The notes under the pieces were generated by a model. The model ran no database searches and had not been told where the DNA came from. It worked only from the letters and a program-made list of their open reading frames with translations. Positions 18,732 through 28,180 of a DNA stretch of 64,000 nucleotides are shown here, one piece after another. The position numbers were made by a program, and so were the translations under genes. The stretch is taken from positions 67,396 through 131,395 of the forward strand of contig JAJYAG010000001.1 of assembly GCA_021779665.1 (NCBI GenBank), in the 5' to 3' direction. Every line of letters starts with the position of its first letter. Position 1 is the first letter of the stretch. Origin of the DNA: Bacteroidota bacterium. GTDB lineage: Bacteria; Bacteroidota; Bacteroidia; Bacteroidales; JAAUTT01.

Positions 18732-20153
18732 TTATTTAAGTCTCATTAACCTGAATTCCCCTTCAATGAAGTGCATATCGGAGGTTTGACACTGATCGTG
18801 GTACCCTGGTTTATCTTCGTAAATTCTACCGGAGAAAGAACCTTCCATGATCTGGTTCGGACCTTTAAATTGAGTCAACGTTACAGTTGCACTTTCACTT
18901 ACTGCAACACGGTCACAAACTCCGTTCTTAACAGATCGGTTGTAGTAATCCAGTTCATAGCTGACTCCGGGCACAGGATCATATTCTAAAACTTCATCGC
19001 CGTTATTATTCAAACCAATCAAATGATGAGTGCCTTCGGAGGGGTTTTCAAGTTTCAGATTGAAAATTTTTGAGACAGCAGAACCGGTATAACTTGCAAC
19101 TATCTCGAGCATATTATTTTCGACGCCACACACTACAAGTGAAAAATTATTCGGATCGGGAGGAGTTGCAGTGCTAAATCCGTATTGGTAATATTCTACC
19201 GTTTTCCCGTCGACTTTGATGATTACAAAAAAATCGGATTCAACCACAGTTATGTTGGATGTAACCATAAACGACCAGTTACCACCCGTTTTGTTGCTTG
19301 CTTCAAGCTGAACTGTAACCGCAACAGGATTGCCTGAAGGTATTTTGGCGGGAGCCGTATACGTGGCAGCAAATCCCGATGGCTGCAAATTTCCGTTGGT
19401 GTTGCTCACAGGGGCAGCTACGCCGTTTAAAGTCCATTGTTTGGCTTTGAAGCCCATAAGGCGCTCTGTAGCCAGTGGTGTTAGCGGGGTAAGATCATCA
19501 GTTAATTTTACAATGGGCCGCAGCGGCACCAGTTCTTCGTCATCTTTTGAATCTCCTTTCGAGAAACCCCTGAGTTGAAGTGAAATGGACTGACCTTTCA
19601 TGACGATAGTTGAAACAGGATCCAGCGAAAAGTCGATAAAACGCCCGAGTGACCAGTCACTGAAGTGTGCAGTTTCCACGCTCACCGTATTTGCACTTTT
19701 GTCAACTGTACTTTTGAGCATGGCGTTCCAGCTGCCATCCACAGCCTGCGAAACAATCCAGAGAAAATCTTCCGGGGTTTGCTTCAGATCCGCATCCTGG
19801 TAGTGAAATACAATTTTTACAGGCTTGGAAAATGTAGTACCCTCGGGTAACAAACGGTAACCCATGCCAATTCCAAGAGGTGCATTGTTTGAAATGGGCT
19901 GGATTGAAATTTTTGTATCTCCCGTTAAAGCTCCAGCCGGAATATTTAAGGACAGATTACCATCGGCTGAGTTTAAGTTTCCTCCTGAGGAGCCAATGGT
20001 GGCTGATGAAACATTTCCGACAGGGATTCCGATTTCGGTAATCACCGGATCTTCATTCTGAGGAGGCTCCGGATCGTTAGTTTCGCACGAAACTGTGAAA
20101 ATCCCCAATAGCAAAATCAATGAAAAATGCTGAAAAGAATACAGGTTCTTCAT
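18732..20153 (-). CDS. Hypothetical lipoprotein
   Basis: 473 aa. Signal peptide with a lipobox-like LGIFTVSC. Beta-rich, with no recognisable catalytic motifs. Confidence 0.6.
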   Translation of the reverse strand: MKNLYSFQHFSLILLLGIFTVSCETNDPEPPQNEDPVITEIGIPVGNVSSATIGSSGGNLNSADGNLSLNIPAGALTGDTKISIQPISNNAPLGIGMGYRLLPEGTTFSKPVKIVFHYQDADLKQTPEDFLWIVSQAVDGSWNAMLKSTVDKSANTVSVETAHFSDWSLGRFIDFSLDPVSTIVMKGQSISLQLRGFSKGDSKDDEELVPLRPIVKLTDDLTPLTPLATERLMGFKAKQWTLNGVAAPVSNTNGNLQPSGFAATYTAPAKIPSGNPVAVTVQLEASNKTGGNWSFMVTSNITVVESDFFVIIKVDGKTVEYYQYGFSTATPPDPNNFSLVVCGVENNMLEIVASYTGSAVSKIFNLKLENPSEGTHHLIGLNNNGDEVLEYDPVPGVSYELDYYNRSVKNGVCDRVAVSESATVTLTQFKGPNQIMEGSFSGRIYEDKPGYHDQCQTSDMHFIEGEFRLMRLK

Positions 20154-20363
20154 ATTATTATAGTTTTAGTTAACCAGATAATTGCTGAAACTGAAGCGGG
20201 CTTAATTCTGCCGGTATTCTAACTTTTAAACGCTAGGTTAAAAATGATTTTTATAACACTTAACAATGAAGGAATGTTCAGGATGAAAATTGGACAGATT
20301 GACCAAATCAACCAATTCTCAGGTAAATAGGAGAAATAAATATATTAATATTCAGAAATAATA

Positions 20364-20419
20364 CATTCCGAATGGAACGAAGTGGAATGAGAAATCCCTT
20401 AGAGATCTACTTGATTTCT
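20364..20419 (-). repeat. Two adjacent small hairpins (word-repeat type) downstream of the phosphate transporter gene
   Basis: Stems are cattcc/ggaatg (20364-20389) and agaaatc/gatttct (20390-20419). On the minus strand they are followed by tattatttctg. Confidence 0.4.
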
Positions 20420-20449
20420 ACATGCAATTATCCCGATTGTCATTGGATT

Positions 20450-21856
20450 TTAAAAAATGTAGCGGAACAATAAAAACAGAGATCCTGAAATAACCATGGT
20501 GCAAGGAATGGTTAATATCCAGGTCAGGAATATATTTTTAATAGTTTTGCGTCGCAGGTTTTTGATTCCGTTTGTCGCCACCATTGATCCGGCCACTCCC
20601 GACGAGAGAATTTGAGTTGTACTTACCGGCAGACCCAGGGTGCTTGAAAGACTGATTGTAGAAGCGGCAATAATATTAGCAGAAGATCCCTGAGCATAGC
20701 TTAACGGTTGAACACCAATTTTTTCGCCCACAGTAACAACAATGCGTTTCCAGCCAATCATGGTTCCTGTACCCAGAGCAACAGAAATCATTAAAATAAT
20801 CCATGTGGGTGCATAATCTGTATAGTTTTTAATTACATCCAAATTACTGTTCATTAATTTCTGGTCATCGTGAGAAATCACTTTTTTTATACCGGAATTT
20901 TCATTCAGAGCCTTAACTTCTTTCTGAAGACTCATCAAATTATCCCTCACAACCCAGCTTTCGGTTCCGTTTATTGCGGCATAATTTGATTTTCCTGACA
21001 AATGCGATTGAATAGTATCTATTTGTGAATGAATTACCAACAAAGAAGCTTTACTTCTGGCATCGAGGGGCTTGCTGTCCATGTGGTTAAAAACAGTTTC
21101 AACTGAATTTACCTGTGATAAAAGCTGTACAGGGTTATGATGATGATTTAATGCAAAATGAGCAGGAACCAGCGCTATCAGTATAATCATAATGATACCC
21201 ACGCCTTTTTGACCATCATTCTGGCCATGAGAAAAACTCAGATGTGTACTCGAAAGTATGATGAGCAGGCGGATCCAGAATGACGGCGCCTTTTTGGCAT
21301 GAGGTGCCCGGTAGAATTTTTTATATTTGACAGTACGTTTTAGGAATGCAACCATACCCCAGGCAAGCATAAACCCGGTTATGGGCGAAAGCAACAACCA
21401 GATGCAAACACTTTCAATTTTTCCCCAGTTTAAGGATACGGAAGCAATATCAGGTAAAAAGTTATAAGCAATGCCAACGCCAAAAATGGAGCCTAGCAGT
21501 GTATGTGAACTTGAACAGGGAATTCCAAAATACCAGGTGCTAAAGTTCCAGATTATAGAGGTTAAAAGAATAGCAATAATCAGAGCAATATTCTGCGATA
21601 CGGTTTGTGTCATCAAAATCTCATTGGGAATCAGCTTCATAATTCCCATGGCCACGATAGTCCCACCAAAGAAAACGCCCATAAAATTCATAATCCCTGC
21701 CCAGACAACAGCATGGGTAGGTTTCATGGATTTAGTATAAATTACAGTAACAATGGAGTTTGAGGTATCGTTAAAACCATTAATTAATTCAAATACACAG
21801 GCAATTGTTATACAGACGATCAATATTACCGTCATGCCAGTATCAAGGCCAAGCAT
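20450..21856 (-). CDS. Inorganic phosphate transporter, PiT (PHO4) family
   Basis: 468 aa. Contains NGFNDTSNS near the N-terminus and GQNDGQKGVG. A large central hydrophilic loop sits between two membrane halves. Confidence 0.9.
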   Translation of the reverse strand: MLGLDTGMTVILIVCITIACVFELINGFNDTSNSIVTVIYTKSMKPTHAVVWAGIMNFMGVFFGGTIVAMGIMKLIPNEILMTQTVSQNIALIIAILLTSIIWNFSTWYFGIPCSSSHTLLGSIFGVGIAYNFLPDIASVSLNWGKIESVCIWLLLSPITGFMLAWGMVAFLKRTVKYKKFYRAPHAKKAPSFWIRLLIILSSTHLSFSHGQNDGQKGVGIIMIILIALVPAHFALNHHHNPVQLLSQVNSVETVFNHMDSKPLDARSKASLLVIHSQIDTIQSHLSGKSNYAAINGTESWVVRDNLMSLQKEVKALNENSGIKKVISHDDQKLMNSNLDVIKNYTDYAPTWIILMISVALGTGTMIGWKRIVVTVGEKIGVQPLSYAQGSSANIIAASTISLSSTLGLPVSTTQILSSGVAGSMVATNGIKNLRRKTIKNIFLTWILTIPCTMVISGSLFLLFRYIF

Positions 21857-22052
21857 AGTATAAATATTAAATGATAAAAGTTAGCATTCACGAAAACTCA
21901 TGGGTTTTCAGAAAAACCCTGCCAAGATATATTTTATTTGAATCCCTTCTACAGCTTGATTAAAAATTGCCCTAATTTAATTTCAAGTTGGCCGCAAGCC
22001 CAATTGTTTTGGCTAAGTTGGTATTTTAAATGATTATAAAGTGACATTTCTG

Positions 22053-22775
22053 CTATTTACGCTTCAGTTCAAGCTGAAATACTTCATTCTTCTCCCAGGC
22101 ATCAGCTCCCGGCTGAATTTTTGGTTCGGGAATATTCTTGCGCTGTTCTCTTTTTTCGGCTGTTGACATTTCAAAAATGCTATCCCTCCTTTTCAGAATA
22201 GAATCGGCAAGTTGGCCGTCCTTTGTAAAGCCCATCATAAGTACCGGAATTCCCAGGGGCAATTCATGGTTCATATTGGTATGCCAGGTGTGAATTGTTT
22301 TTCCATAGGTTGAAACAATTTCTTCCATCAACTCCTTTTCAGCTGCATCGGGTAAGCCGGGAGCTATCAGCGTTCCCGATTTAACCTCATAAACATGGCT
22401 GTGCCAGAGTTTTTTCTCATCCTCAGGAAGTTTCTTAAACAGACGTTCCGAAATGATATACTCAATGCCCATAATTTTTGCATCCTTAGTATTTCCATCA
22501 TACATCACGCACTGGGTTAAATCTTCATTCAGCTTTGTGCAGTAATGGTGCGCTTCTGTTTGCATATTCATATTTCCGTTCGCGAAATGGAATCCATCAA
22601 GATATATTTCGAGTTGATTAACGGGAGTCTTATCCTGAAGCACAGCGGCTCCGGTTTCAAGAACTTTTGTTTTCCCGGTTTTTTCCGAACCAGGCGAAGA
22701 GACATTGGAAGGTTCTCTTTTTTGACCGCATGATATTAATGTTGCGAATGCAATGATGACAAATAACTTATTCAT
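22053..22775 (-). CDS. DUF1264-family lipoprotein
   Basis: 240 aa with lipobox LISC. The block HHYCTKLNEDLTQCVMYDGNTKDAKIMGIEYIISERLFKKLPEDEKKLWHSHVYEVKSG matches the DUF1264 pattern (from memory). Confidence 0.7.
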   Translation of the reverse strand: MNKLFVIIAFATLISCGQKREPSNVSSPGSEKTGKTKVLETGAAVLQDKTPVNQLEIYLDGFHFANGNMNMQTEAHHYCTKLNEDLTQCVMYDGNTKDAKIMGIEYIISERLFKKLPEDEKKLWHSHVYEVKSGTLIAPGLPDAAEKELMEEIVSTYGKTIHTWHTNMNHELPLGIPVLMMGFTKDGQLADSILKRRDSIFEMSTAEKREQRKNIPEPKIQPGADAWEKNEVFQLELKRK

Positions 22776-22871
22776 TTCCTTAACGTTTTAGAAGAAAACA
22801 GACGGAAACAAATTAAGTTTCAGCAACAAGTGCCTAAAAATCAAGAATATTAATTAAAGATCAACTTCTGA

Positions 22872-24278
22872 TCAAAAGCAACTTGAACCATCCCAGCAAT
22901 GGGTGCATAGTTTCTCTTTTGGTAAACCAATAGCAGTAACAAGATCGTCAAGTTTTTGAAATTTCAGACTTGTGAGATTCAGGTTTTTCCTGATTACTTC
23001 AACCATGGCCGCATGTTTGTCGGAGCTTTCGTTGGAATACTCATGCAGGTTGTTGTTTTCGGATCCTTCCAGCTCTTTGATGGCGCGCCGGGTAGCGAGA
23101 TCGAGATTGGAACGCGAGCGGCTGAAATTGAGATATTCACAGGGATAGATCAGCGGTGGACAAGCGATACGAACATGAACTTCACGGATATCTCCCAGAT
23201 AAAGTTGTTGTACGTTATCCTTCAGCTGAGTTCCGCGAACAATGGAATCGTCAAGGAAAACGCCCGATTTACCTTTAATTACTGATGGATTGGGAATAAG
23301 CTTCATTTTGGCAACAAGATCACGTGTTTCCTGCTTTTGCGGCATAAAGCTCCTGGGCCAGGTGGGAGTATATTTGGAGTAGGGCCTCTTTATAGGTATA
23401 CCGGTAGCATTGCTGTAACCGTAAGCATGGCCAATTCCAGAGTCGGGTATGCCGGCCACAAAATCAGCCTGAATGTTGTCGTTTTTAGCCAATGCTGCAC
23501 CGCAGTTATAACGGCTTTCGTCTACATTTATATTTTCGTAAAACGATGGAGGATAACCATAATAAACCCACAGGAAAGAACAAACCTGCATTTTCTCGTT
23601 AGGTTTTCTTAACTGGCGGTAGCCTTGGGGAGTAATTTCAATCACTTCGCCTGGACCTAAATAATATTCAGTTTCGAAATCAAGATTTGGAAAAGCACAG
23701 GTTTCGAAAGAAACAGCAAAGGCTCCATCCTTTTTACCAATAATAACAGGTGTACGTCCGAGTTTATCGCGAGCTGCAATAATGCCGTTTTCAGTCATAA
23801 TCAGCATGGAGCAGGATCCCTTTACATGGTCGTAAACATTGTTGATGCCACATGTAAAATCCTCACATTCGGCAATAAGCATCGCCACCAGTTCGGTGGG
23901 ATTAACAGAACCTTGGCTTGTTTCGGCAAATGTACGGCGCTGATCCATAAAACGCTTTTCGAGCTCATCGATGTTGTTGATTTTACTTACGGTAGCCACG
24001 GCAAAACGCCCCATGTGCGAAGTAACAACAATTGGCTGCGCCTCGTGGTCGCTTATTACTCCAATACCACAATTCCCCGAAAAACCCTGAATATCACCAT
24101 CGAATTTATTTCGGAAATAACCGTCCTCCAGACTATGAATGGCGCGCTGAAATCCTTTTTCTTTAGAAAAGAAAGCCATTCCCGCTCTTTTTGTTCCCAG
24201 ATGTGAATGGTAATCGGTTCCATAGAACACATCCATAACACAATCAACCTTCGAAATACTTCCGAAAAAACCACTCAT
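22872..24278 (-). CDS. Amidophosphoribosyltransferase (PurF) homologue lacking the N-terminal catalytic Cys
   Basis: 468 aa. The PRTase half is intact (IPDSGIGHAYGYS, GKSGVFLDDSIVRGTQ, VHVRIACPPLIYPCEY). The N-terminus reads MSGFFG where canonical PurF has MCGI(V/F)G; codon 2 is AGT. Confidence 0.8.
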   Translation of the reverse strand: MSGFFGSISKVDCVMDVFYGTDYHSHLGTKRAGMAFFSKEKGFQRAIHSLEDGYFRNKFDGDIQGFSGNCGIGVISDHEAQPIVVTSHMGRFAVATVSKINNIDELEKRFMDQRRTFAETSQGSVNPTELVAMLIAECEDFTCGINNVYDHVKGSCSMLIMTENGIIAARDKLGRTPVIIGKKDGAFAVSFETCAFPNLDFETEYYLGPGEVIEITPQGYRQLRKPNEKMQVCSFLWVYYGYPPSFYENINVDESRYNCGAALAKNDNIQADFVAGIPDSGIGHAYGYSNATGIPIKRPYSKYTPTWPRSFMPQKQETRDLVAKMKLIPNPSVIKGKSGVFLDDSIVRGTQLKDNVQQLYLGDIREVHVRIACPPLIYPCEYLNFSRSRSNLDLATRRAIKELEGSENNNLHEYSNESSDKHAAMVEVIRKNLNLTSLKFQKLDDLVTAIGLPKEKLCTHCWDGSSCF

Positions 24279-24399
24279 AGTTGTAAATTTTTTAAAAAAC
24301 GTGGTAAATGTAAATGAAAAATTGAAGAAAGATTTTGATGTTAATAACTCTTCAAAGATTTTTCATTTAGGGAAGTATTCTAAATAATTCAGAAGTCTG

Positions 24400-24909
24400 T
24401 TACCAGTTATCTTCGGCTTTCTTAGGAACACTTTTTATATGTGTTACGAGAGAAGTTAATAATGCATTGATGGTAGTTTCGAATGAGGCTTCCGATTCTT
24501 TAAACTTTGGAATGGTACTACCGTCGGCATTATACCAGACTTTATAACGTGTTTCGGGTGTCTCGAAAGTCACACGGCAACGGCCTTCCTTCATTTCCAC
24601 ATTAAGGGTGTATTGAAGGGTATACCAATGGTCGAAATTATTGTCGCGTATTTTCCAGGCATTGTCTTTATAACCTGCAAATTTCACCTGGGTATTTGGG
24701 TTATCCACACGGATTCCGGTTTCGGGATATTTTATAAGAGAAGCATTCCAGCTTTTTACTTTTTCGTAAATTTTAGAAGCTGTAAAAGCAGGATCCAATA
24801 TTATCACTACTGGTGCAACTCCATCTTTTGTCAGATTAAACTTTGGGGTAGTTTGCGAAAATGCTAAAAATGGCAACGAAAGCAGAAATGCAATAAATAA
24901 CTTTTTCAT
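24400..24909 (-). CDS. Secreted hypothetical protein (DUF4468-like?)
   Basis: 169 aa with signal peptide MKKLFIAFLLSLPFLAFSQ. The family guess is weak. Confidence 0.5.
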   Translation of the reverse strand: MKKLFIAFLLSLPFLAFSQTTPKFNLTKDGVAPVVIILDPAFTASKIYEKVKSWNASLIKYPETGIRVDNPNTQVKFAGYKDNAWKIRDNNFDHWYTLQYTLNVEMKEGRCRVTFETPETRYKVWYNADGSTIPKFKESEASFETTINALLTSLVTHIKSVPKKAEDNW

Positions 24910-25006
24910 AGGAACAGAATTTGGTCGTAAACAGGGTTATAGCTGATTTAACGTCAAAGTTCCTGTATATGTTGTTTTTGCGATTGAAAAGTTCTGTCTA
25001 ACATTT

Positions 25007-26440
25007 TCAATAATGCTGCGATAAAAATCGCAACGCATTGCCACATTTGAATTTATAGATGATTTCTTCGGGTTCCGCTTTTTGAGTGAGTTTGTTTTTT
25101 TTGAGAAATCCTGCTGCATGAAGTAGCAGATTATCATCAAGATGCTGGATATCCTCCTGAGTCCAGTAACCCGGAATTGGATTCACAATGCCGTCGTAGT
25201 CACTGCCCAGACATGTCATATCCTACGGAGGAAGCCCAGCCTTATCGAGCACTTTTGCAATATGTTCCATCTGATTCCACACGAGTTTTGACCAGTTAAA
25301 AAGGATTTGGCGGGTGCGGAGCTTTCCTTTAAGTCCCCAGATTACAATATTTGAAGCAATGCGCCTTTCGTCAATCTGAATTCCAAACAGCCCGCCCGAT
25401 CGGGCAATTCTTACCAGCTCATCGTCGTAGAAGTTGATATCTCTTTTGTAGAACAAACCGGGAGCATCGGGAAAATTGGTTGATCCTGAGTCGTTTTTAA
25501 AGCCGTTCACTGCTCCATGACTTACAATAACCGGAATATTTTCCCTGCCATAATCGTTTTTAAGAATATCATAATACCGGTACCTGTTCTTTAAATTCAT
25601 GTGCTTAACATCTATCAGTACTCGCTTGGGATCCTTATCAAGCAACTTATGAATTACTTTCCCGCCTAAAGGGGTTATACCAAAATCAGTTCCGTAATCC
25701 TGGTCGATAAATTTCCGCAGAAACTTATCCATACTTATGGAGTGCCCACACAGTCCATTATAAAAATGATGGGCCAGGCTTATGAACAACGGCCGGTGTT
25801 CCCAGCTTTTTACCTTATCTATATTGGCAAGAATATTTGCATCAGAATCAGTGGGCCGCTTATTTTCGGCATCCCAGCCTGTAAAAAAGCTGTGGGCACC
25901 TTCTATGGTAATAACCACAAAAATTGTTTTATCGGCCAGCAAAGTGTGTTGCGACAGGTCGGCCGGGCTTTGCAATATCTTATAAGTAACATGCTTCTTT
26001 TTAACCCTCACAATCTTGCTTTGGTGCGAAATCAGGAAATCGTATTCATTACACAAGTCCTTAAAATAATCGCAGTTGGCCTGCAGATAGTTGATGCGGG
26101 GTTTTCCCAATCCGGTAACAAGGTCGAGAGCCAGATCGGAAAGGGTATTTCCAAGTTTGGTTTTGAAAAAACCCTGCTCCGGCGGGTACAGGCATACAAA
26201 CATAATCCCCGTCTCTCCTGTTACGGAAGATGTAAAATCACTCTGCCTGAACTTTGTAAGAGAAGCAATATTATTAATAAGTTTATCGGCTATGGTTGGC
26301 GGATCGTAGTTCCATAAACTGGTTTTGTTTCTTGGATTGGGTGACTGACCGCGGCTAGTACCATTGCGCCTGAACGACTTTCCATAAGGCTTCATTGTTG
26401 GGTGACAATGAATGTCGATAAATTGGTTATAAGGCAACAT
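25007..26440 (-). pseudogene. Membrane-dipeptidase (peptidase M19)-like gene interrupted by one in-frame TAG
   Basis: ORFs 25223..26440 and 25007..25219 are in the same frame, separated only by TAG (25225-25223) and one Asp codon. The junction reads HIAKVLDKAGLPP*DMTCLGSDYDG. The conserved M19 blocks (VIVSHGAVNG, RDINFYDDELVRIARSGGLFGIQ, GSDYDG, CGNALRFL) are split across the stop. Confidence 0.7.
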
Positions 26441-26685
26441 TTTAAATTATAGGTTAGGTTTGTAAATATAGCAGAAGAATTGTCATATAAATGAAGTTGT
26501 TAATAAAAAAACAAATCGCTTAAGTAACTACATCGCAATTAACGGTTGGAGCGCATTTGCAGATTCGGCAAACTCATGACACCTGCTACCGGGCTTTCAA
26601 CATGAGAAGCTAATATCCTTTAAAATAGCATTTTAATAAGGAACTAAAAAATACAGGATATTTTCAAGATATTTATTTTTTTATT

Positions 26686-26693
26686 TACCTTTG
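26686..26693 (+). promoter_or_regulatory. Bacteroidota -7 promoter box TAnnTTTG (TACCTTTG) upstream of the TetR gene
   Basis: tacctttg lies 28 nt upstream of the ATG at 26721. The consensus is from the published Bacteroides promoter motif. Confidence 0.4.
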
Positions 26694-26720
26694 ACCGTCC
26701 GTTCAATCAAAAACAAAATT

Positions 26721-27305
26721 ATGTCGCCACGCACCGAAGAACAATTTGAGCTGATAAGGCAGGAAAAACGGCAACTCATTATGGATACCGCCCTTGAACT
26801 GTTTGCAGCCAGCGGGTTCGAAAACACAACCATTACTCAGATAGCCAAAAAGGCCGGAATCTCGAAAGGTTTGTTATATAATTACTTTATAAGCAAGGAA
26901 GAACTTCTGGAAGCTATCCTGAATAAAGGAATAGATGACATGCTAGCGGGATTCGATCCCAACAAAGACGGAATCCTCGACAATATGGAAATGGAATTCT
27001 TCATCACCCAAACTTTCAGGATGATTAAAGAAAACCGTAAAATGTGGAAGCTTTACATTGCTATTTCTTTTCAGCCTTCGGTTTATAAAGTAATTGAAAA
27101 TCGAAGCAAAGAGCTTTACGAGCCAATGGTACGAATGATGAACAACTATTTTCAGGATAACAGGTTTGAAAATCCGCAGATCGAAACATTCATGTTTAGT
27201 GCATTGATGGATGGAATTGCAATGGATTATATTATGGCTCCCGATATTTATCCTGTCGACGATGTGGTTAAAGAGTTAATAAACAGATATTGTAAACAAA
27301 AATAA
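26721..27305 (+). CDS. TetR/AcrR-family transcriptional regulator
   Basis: Re-started at the ATG (MSPRTEEQFELI...). The track's TTG at 26691 lies inside the promoter box. The HTH is FENTTITQIAKKAGISKGLLYNYF. Confidence 0.85.
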   Translation: MSPRTEEQFELIRQEKRQLIMDTALELFAASGFENTTITQIAKKAGISKGLLYNYFISKEELLEAILNKGIDDMLAGFDPNKDGILDNMEMEFFITQTFRMIKENRKMWKLYIAISFQPSVYKVIENRSKELYEPMVRMMNNYFQDNRFENPQIETFMFSALMDGIAMDYIMAPDIYPVDDVVKELINRYCKQK

Positions 27306-27311
27306 AATAAA

Positions 27312-28058
27312 ATGAACCGGATACACGCAATGATATGCCTGTTTCTTTTTCCTGCTGCAGTTTTTGCACAGGATGCAAAGGAAATAGTAAAGAAAGCCGA
27401 TGCCAAAATGAAAGGAGAACAATCCAGCATCAGCCAGATGACCATGAAAATTGTCCGTCCTACCTGGGAACGGACGGTAAGCTTTAAAAGCTGGAGCAAA
27501 GGAACCGATTATTCGATGGTACTGATCACCGCTCCTGCTAAGGAAAAAGGACAATCGTTTCTGAAATTCAAACGCGACATGTGGAGCTGGAATCCATCCA
27601 TAAACCGCATGATCAAGCTGCCGCCTTCCATGCTCTCGCAGGGCTGGATGGGTTCAGACTTTACAAACGACGATCTGCTGAACGAATCTTCAATTGTAGT
27701 TGACTATACCCATAAATTACTTGGAAAAGAAACGGTTTCGGGGAAGAATTGCTTTAAAATAGAACTGATTCCCAAGGAAAACGCACCTGTTGTCTGGGGT
27801 AAAATTATTCTTTGGATTTCGACCGATGAGTATTTACAACTGAAATCGGAATACTTTGATGAGGACAATTATTTAGTGAAAACCGAAATTGCCTCCGATA
27901 TCAAAACCATGAGCGGTAGAGTGATTCCTACGCGTTTTGAACTCATTCCTGCTGATAAAGATGGTAATAAAACCATTCTCATTATGGACCAGATCGAATT
28001 TAACAGCCCCCTTTCGGAGAGCTTTTTTACACAGCAAAATATGAAGAAGCTGAGATAA
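27312..28058 (+). CDS. LolA-like outer-membrane lipoprotein-sorting protein
   Basis: 248 aa with a signal peptide. Contains GQSFLKFKRDMWSWNPSINRMIKLPPSMLSQGWMGSDFTNDDL, typical of the LolA_like family found beside FtsX-type ABC systems. Confidence 0.7.
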   Translation: MNRIHAMICLFLFPAAVFAQDAKEIVKKADAKMKGEQSSISQMTMKIVRPTWERTVSFKSWSKGTDYSMVLITAPAKEKGQSFLKFKRDMWSWNPSINRMIKLPPSMLSQGWMGSDFTNDDLLNESSIVVDYTHKLLGKETVSGKNCFKIELIPKENAPVVWGKIILWISTDEYLQLKSEYFDEDNYLVKTEIASDIKTMSGRVIPTRFELIPADKDGNKTILIMDQIEFNSPLSESFFTQQNMKKLR

Positions 28059-28076
28059 GAGGAGCCTCACCCCCTG

Positions 28077-28098
28077 CCCCTCTCCAAATGGAGAGGGG
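28077..28098 (+). repeat. GC-rich hairpin cccctctcc-aaat-ggagagggg
   Basis: Perfect 9-bp stem with a 4-nt loop, 19 nt after the stop at 28058. No T-run follows, so it is not a classical terminator. Confidence 0.6.
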
Positions 28099-28142
28099 AG
28101 AAGGAACGCGCAATGAGTTAAATAAGTGCTAAAAACGCTGTT

Positions 28143-28177
28143 TACTCAGTACTAAGTACTCATTACTAAATACTAAA
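28143..28177 (+). repeat. Five tandem heptamers TACTNAN
   Basis: The units are tactcag tactaag tactcat tactaaa tactaaa, ending 4 nt before the ATG at 28181. Confidence 0.8.
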
Positions 28178-28180
28178 AAC

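Noticed and set aside
25223-25225. The in-frame TAG as pyrrolysine or programmed read-through
   Set aside because: There are no pyl genes in the window and Bacteroidota are not known to use Pyl. A nonsense mutation or a sequencing error is the simpler reading. It is kept as a finding to be checked, not as recoding.
25742-26317. 191-aa plus-strand ORF
   Set aside because: It is antisense to the M19 dipeptidase-like gene and has no recognisable motifs. It is a shadow ORF.
26691-26720. TTG start for the TetR gene
   Set aside because: This TTG lies within the TACCTTTG promoter-like box. The ATG at 26721 gives a normal TetR N-terminus.
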